A stretch of 64,000 nt of DNA from a virus: IMG/VR virus record IMGVR_UViG_3300045051_000531. One strand, 5' to 3'. Position numbers and translations under genes: made by a program. The notes beneath the pieces were generated by a model. That model had not been told where the DNA came from. It made no database searches and saw only the letters and a list, made by a program, of their open reading frames with translations. This document shows positions 61,883 to 64,000 of this stretch, piece by piece (within the stretch, counting starts at the first letter, position 1; every line of letters begins with the position of its first letter).

Positions 61883-62462
61883 GGCCGCCAAGGCTGAAGC
61901 CATCTTGGCTCGGCCATCGAATGTCCCGCGTGGTCACGAGAAACTGGATGACCTCAAACCGATCCACCGTGAAGAGGTTGCGCCAAGCCCGGCTCAGCTA
62001 ACCGCTGACCGGGCCTGGTTTTTCCCAGGTCTGGCGTACTGCATGATGGGGATGGATCGCTCCCTGTTCGAGTTGTTCAGCCACGGGCTCGGACAGGCCG
62101 TAGCGGTTACCACGCATCGAACCTCGGATCCCGTGGTACTGTTCGACGGTGTCGATGTCAGAACGAACCCATGGTTTCACACGATTCAGGGTATCGATCC
62201 AGCCCTGCTCTCGCCGTTTTGCGAGTACATCGAAACCTTCCGGTTCACGGACCCCCGGAAACAGGTCGATTGGATTTTGTCCGCGCGGACACTCCGCATC
62301 GCTGATCCGTTCGTGAGTTCCACAGCTAAAGTCGGAGTCAACGTGGTCACGCTGCTGCCGACTTGTTTGTCGACGCGTCGAGAGGTAGTCGTCCGGCAGC
62401 AGGCCGGGTTGACTCTGCAGCCCGTGGTGCTTGGGATCAGGCGTCAGCGGGACCCCGCATGA
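61848..62462 (+). CDS. hypothetical protein
   Basis: Continuous plus-strand ORF; start uncertain. Confidence 0.5.
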   Translation: MERPPAILNPVEAAKAEAILARPSNVPRGHEKLDDLKPIHREEVAPSPAQLTADRAWFFPGLAYCMMGMDRSLFELFSHGLGQAVAVTTHRTSDPVVLFDGVDVRTNPWFHTIQGIDPALLSPFCEYIETFRFTDPRKQVDWILSARTLRIADPFVSSTAKVGVNVVTLLPTCLSTRREVVVRQQAGLTLQPVVLGIRRQRDPA

Positions 62463-62776
62463 AACAGGCTGTGTTACGTCTCGATCGCAGGTACCGGGGC
62501 CCCGTAGCTGCGATGACGTACGGAGGTGGATGCGGACCCCTGCAGGAATCCGAGCCCGATAAGTACTTCGCGTTCACATCGACCCGTGGGTCGTCTCCGC
62601 GGGTCTTCGAGTACGACGACGACCCCGATGGTGTCGAAGCGCTCTCCAATCTGATCAGAGCTGAGGACATCATCGCCTTGATCCATGGGAAGCGCGTCGT
62701 GTTCGAGCAGGCCTCGCTAGTCGAGCTTTCCGTCGGGAAGCAGCGCATCGAACATAAACTGAAGATCGGCGGGTAA
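62459..62776 (+). CDS. hypothetical protein
   Basis: ATGA coupling; 105 aa. Confidence 0.55.
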   Translation: MKQAVLRLDRRYRGPVAAMTYGGGCGPLQESEPDKYFAFTSTRGSSPRVFEYDDDPDGVEALSNLIRAEDIIALIHGKRVVFEQASLVELSVGKQRIEHKLKIGG

Positions 62777-62778
62777 CC

Positions 62779-63258
62779 ATGGGAAGGCTGCGGCGTGTCC
62801 CCAAGAAGTTCCCGATCCGTTGGACCAACGCGGACGGTTCTACGATCGAGTACGTCGACCGCGCGGAGTCCGAGTTACGCGCCGAGCTTGAACGCGTCCG
62901 GGATCATGGGTTCCGGGCCGCCAAGGTGCTGAGCCGGATCCGGACCGGGCGCCACGTCGTCATCGTAGCGGCGCGGTTCGAGTTGGAGCACTGCCAACGC
63001 GTCGTTCCAGATGATGCCAGTTCGGCGTGGTTGTCTGCCGAGATCGCTCGCCTCAGTTACGTCTACCAGCAGACCCTGGAGCTCCTGAATCGGCTTTCGA
63101 ACTCCAGGATACATTGGCTCGAAGAAACCAGATTCTTGCTCACGTACGGCCAGACCCCGAAGAAGCGGGAAGCGGCTGGAAACTTTACCTCACGCGGGTC
63201 ATCCTATGAGCCCGAGGGGGTCCAGGACCCCGAGGAAACCACTAACAGCGAGGACTAA
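62779..63258 (+). CDS. hypothetical protein
   Basis: 159 aa. Confidence 0.55.
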   Translation: MGRLRRVPKKFPIRWTNADGSTIEYVDRAESELRAELERVRDHGFRAAKVLSRIRTGRHVVIVAARFELEHCQRVVPDDASSAWLSAEIARLSYVYQQTLELLNRLSNSRIHWLEETRFLLTYGQTPKKREAAGNFTSRGSSYEPEGVQDPEETTNSED

Positions 63259-63259
63259 T

Positions 63260-63901
63260 ATGGGAACGATTGCAATGCGAGATGGTAAGCTCGAACTCCA
63301 CGGGGCTCCGTTGTACGAGCTGCCCGAGCAGATCTCAGCTGAACTGGTCCAAGCGCTGTTCGCAGCTCAGCCCGGTGACGAGGACTTCATTGCCGACGTC
63401 GCCAGGGCCATGACTCCGGCGAGCAAGGACAAGCTTCGACTGGCCTGCCACGCCATCGGTGGCGATCTCTGGAAGACGTACTGCCGTAACGCGGTGCGCT
63501 GGGCGGCCCTGGTGAACTCCGACAACGTCTGGCATCTCGAGGACTTCGAACCGGTCTACGAGGCCCAGATCAATGCGTGGTGGGCTCACAACGTCATCGT
63601 GACCAACGCCAACATCCGGTTCGTGACGACCCCTCGGGGCCTGTTCACGTTCCCGGAGTTCAAGCTGACCTACGGCAAGGATCTCATCGAGCACATCCAG
63701 GACTACCGGGCAGCCCGGAACGATGAGCTCCTCGAGATCATCACGCACATCACGTCGCCACTGGTCAAGAAGCGGGTCACCCTGGCTGATGATGCCGGGC
63801 GCCTGATCACGCGCGAGATCGTTGTCCTGGACTCCCTGGAGCAGCAGCTCTGGCGACTTCCGGCGGGAACCAAGCTGATGTCGATCGACGATAACGGTTG
63901 A
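63260..63901 (+). CDS. hypothetical protein
   Basis: RBS GAGGA; 213 aa. Confidence 0.6.
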   Translation: MGTIAMRDGKLELHGAPLYELPEQISAELVQALFAAQPGDEDFIADVARAMTPASKDKLRLACHAIGGDLWKTYCRNAVRWAALVNSDNVWHLEDFEPVYEAQINAWWAHNVIVTNANIRFVTTPRGLFTFPEFKLTYGKDLIEHIQDYRAARNDELLEIITHITSPLVKKRVTLADDAGRLITREIVVLDSLEQQLWRLPAGTKLMSIDDNG

Positions 63902-63954
63902 CATCTGTATATGGCTCTTGCATATTCAGAGCCTAACCACTACGGAAGGACAAC

Positions 63955-64000
63955 ATGACCGACGTCACCCAGTACGCGTTCGAAGTGCACGCCCCGACGG
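63955..64000 (+). CDS. 5' start of a gene truncated by the window edge
   Basis: RBS GAAGGA, then ATG at 63955, open to the end. Confidence 0.5.
   Translation, partial: MTDVTQYAFEVHAPT

Noticed and set aside
1-64000. Genome-wide TAG reassignment (alternative genetic code)
   Set aside because: Long conserved genes are intact in code 11, and many end at TAG followed by an RBS, terminator or tRNA.

Overview
GC-rich segment of a large tailed (myovirus-like, probably jumbo) bacteriophage genome, read in the standard code: TAG, TAA and TGA all end genes. All family calls come from motif recognition by eye; no database search was run. Layout: baseplate/tail genes (1-6.8 kb); a primase-like Zn-finger protein and a methyltransferase; two minus-strand tRNA clusters and two glycosyltransferases (11.6-17.1 kb); a plus-strand accessory block; a minus-strand terminase; and a long replication/recombination operon (SbcD/SbcC, SF2 and DnaB-like helicases, primase, UDG-PolA, RecA-like). 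Five non-routine systems stand out. (1) Two strict GGY-NN pentamer arrays, each closed by a UACG-loop hairpin, lie upstream of a stand-alone RAMP/Cas7-like gene: a candidate non-CRISPR RNA-guided system. (2) Seven Y-RNA-like units, several carrying a circularly permuted tRNA with variable anticodon-like loops, sit in front of a Ro60/TROVE gene. (3) A tRNA-Met(CAU) is split by a 108-nt insertion with group-I-like pseudoknot topology. (4) An amber-suppressor tRNA(CUA) lies directly upstream of a PTH2-like gene with TAG at codon 4. (5) Two complete Ubl/E2/JAB/E1 cassettes are interleaved with sbcD and sbcC.
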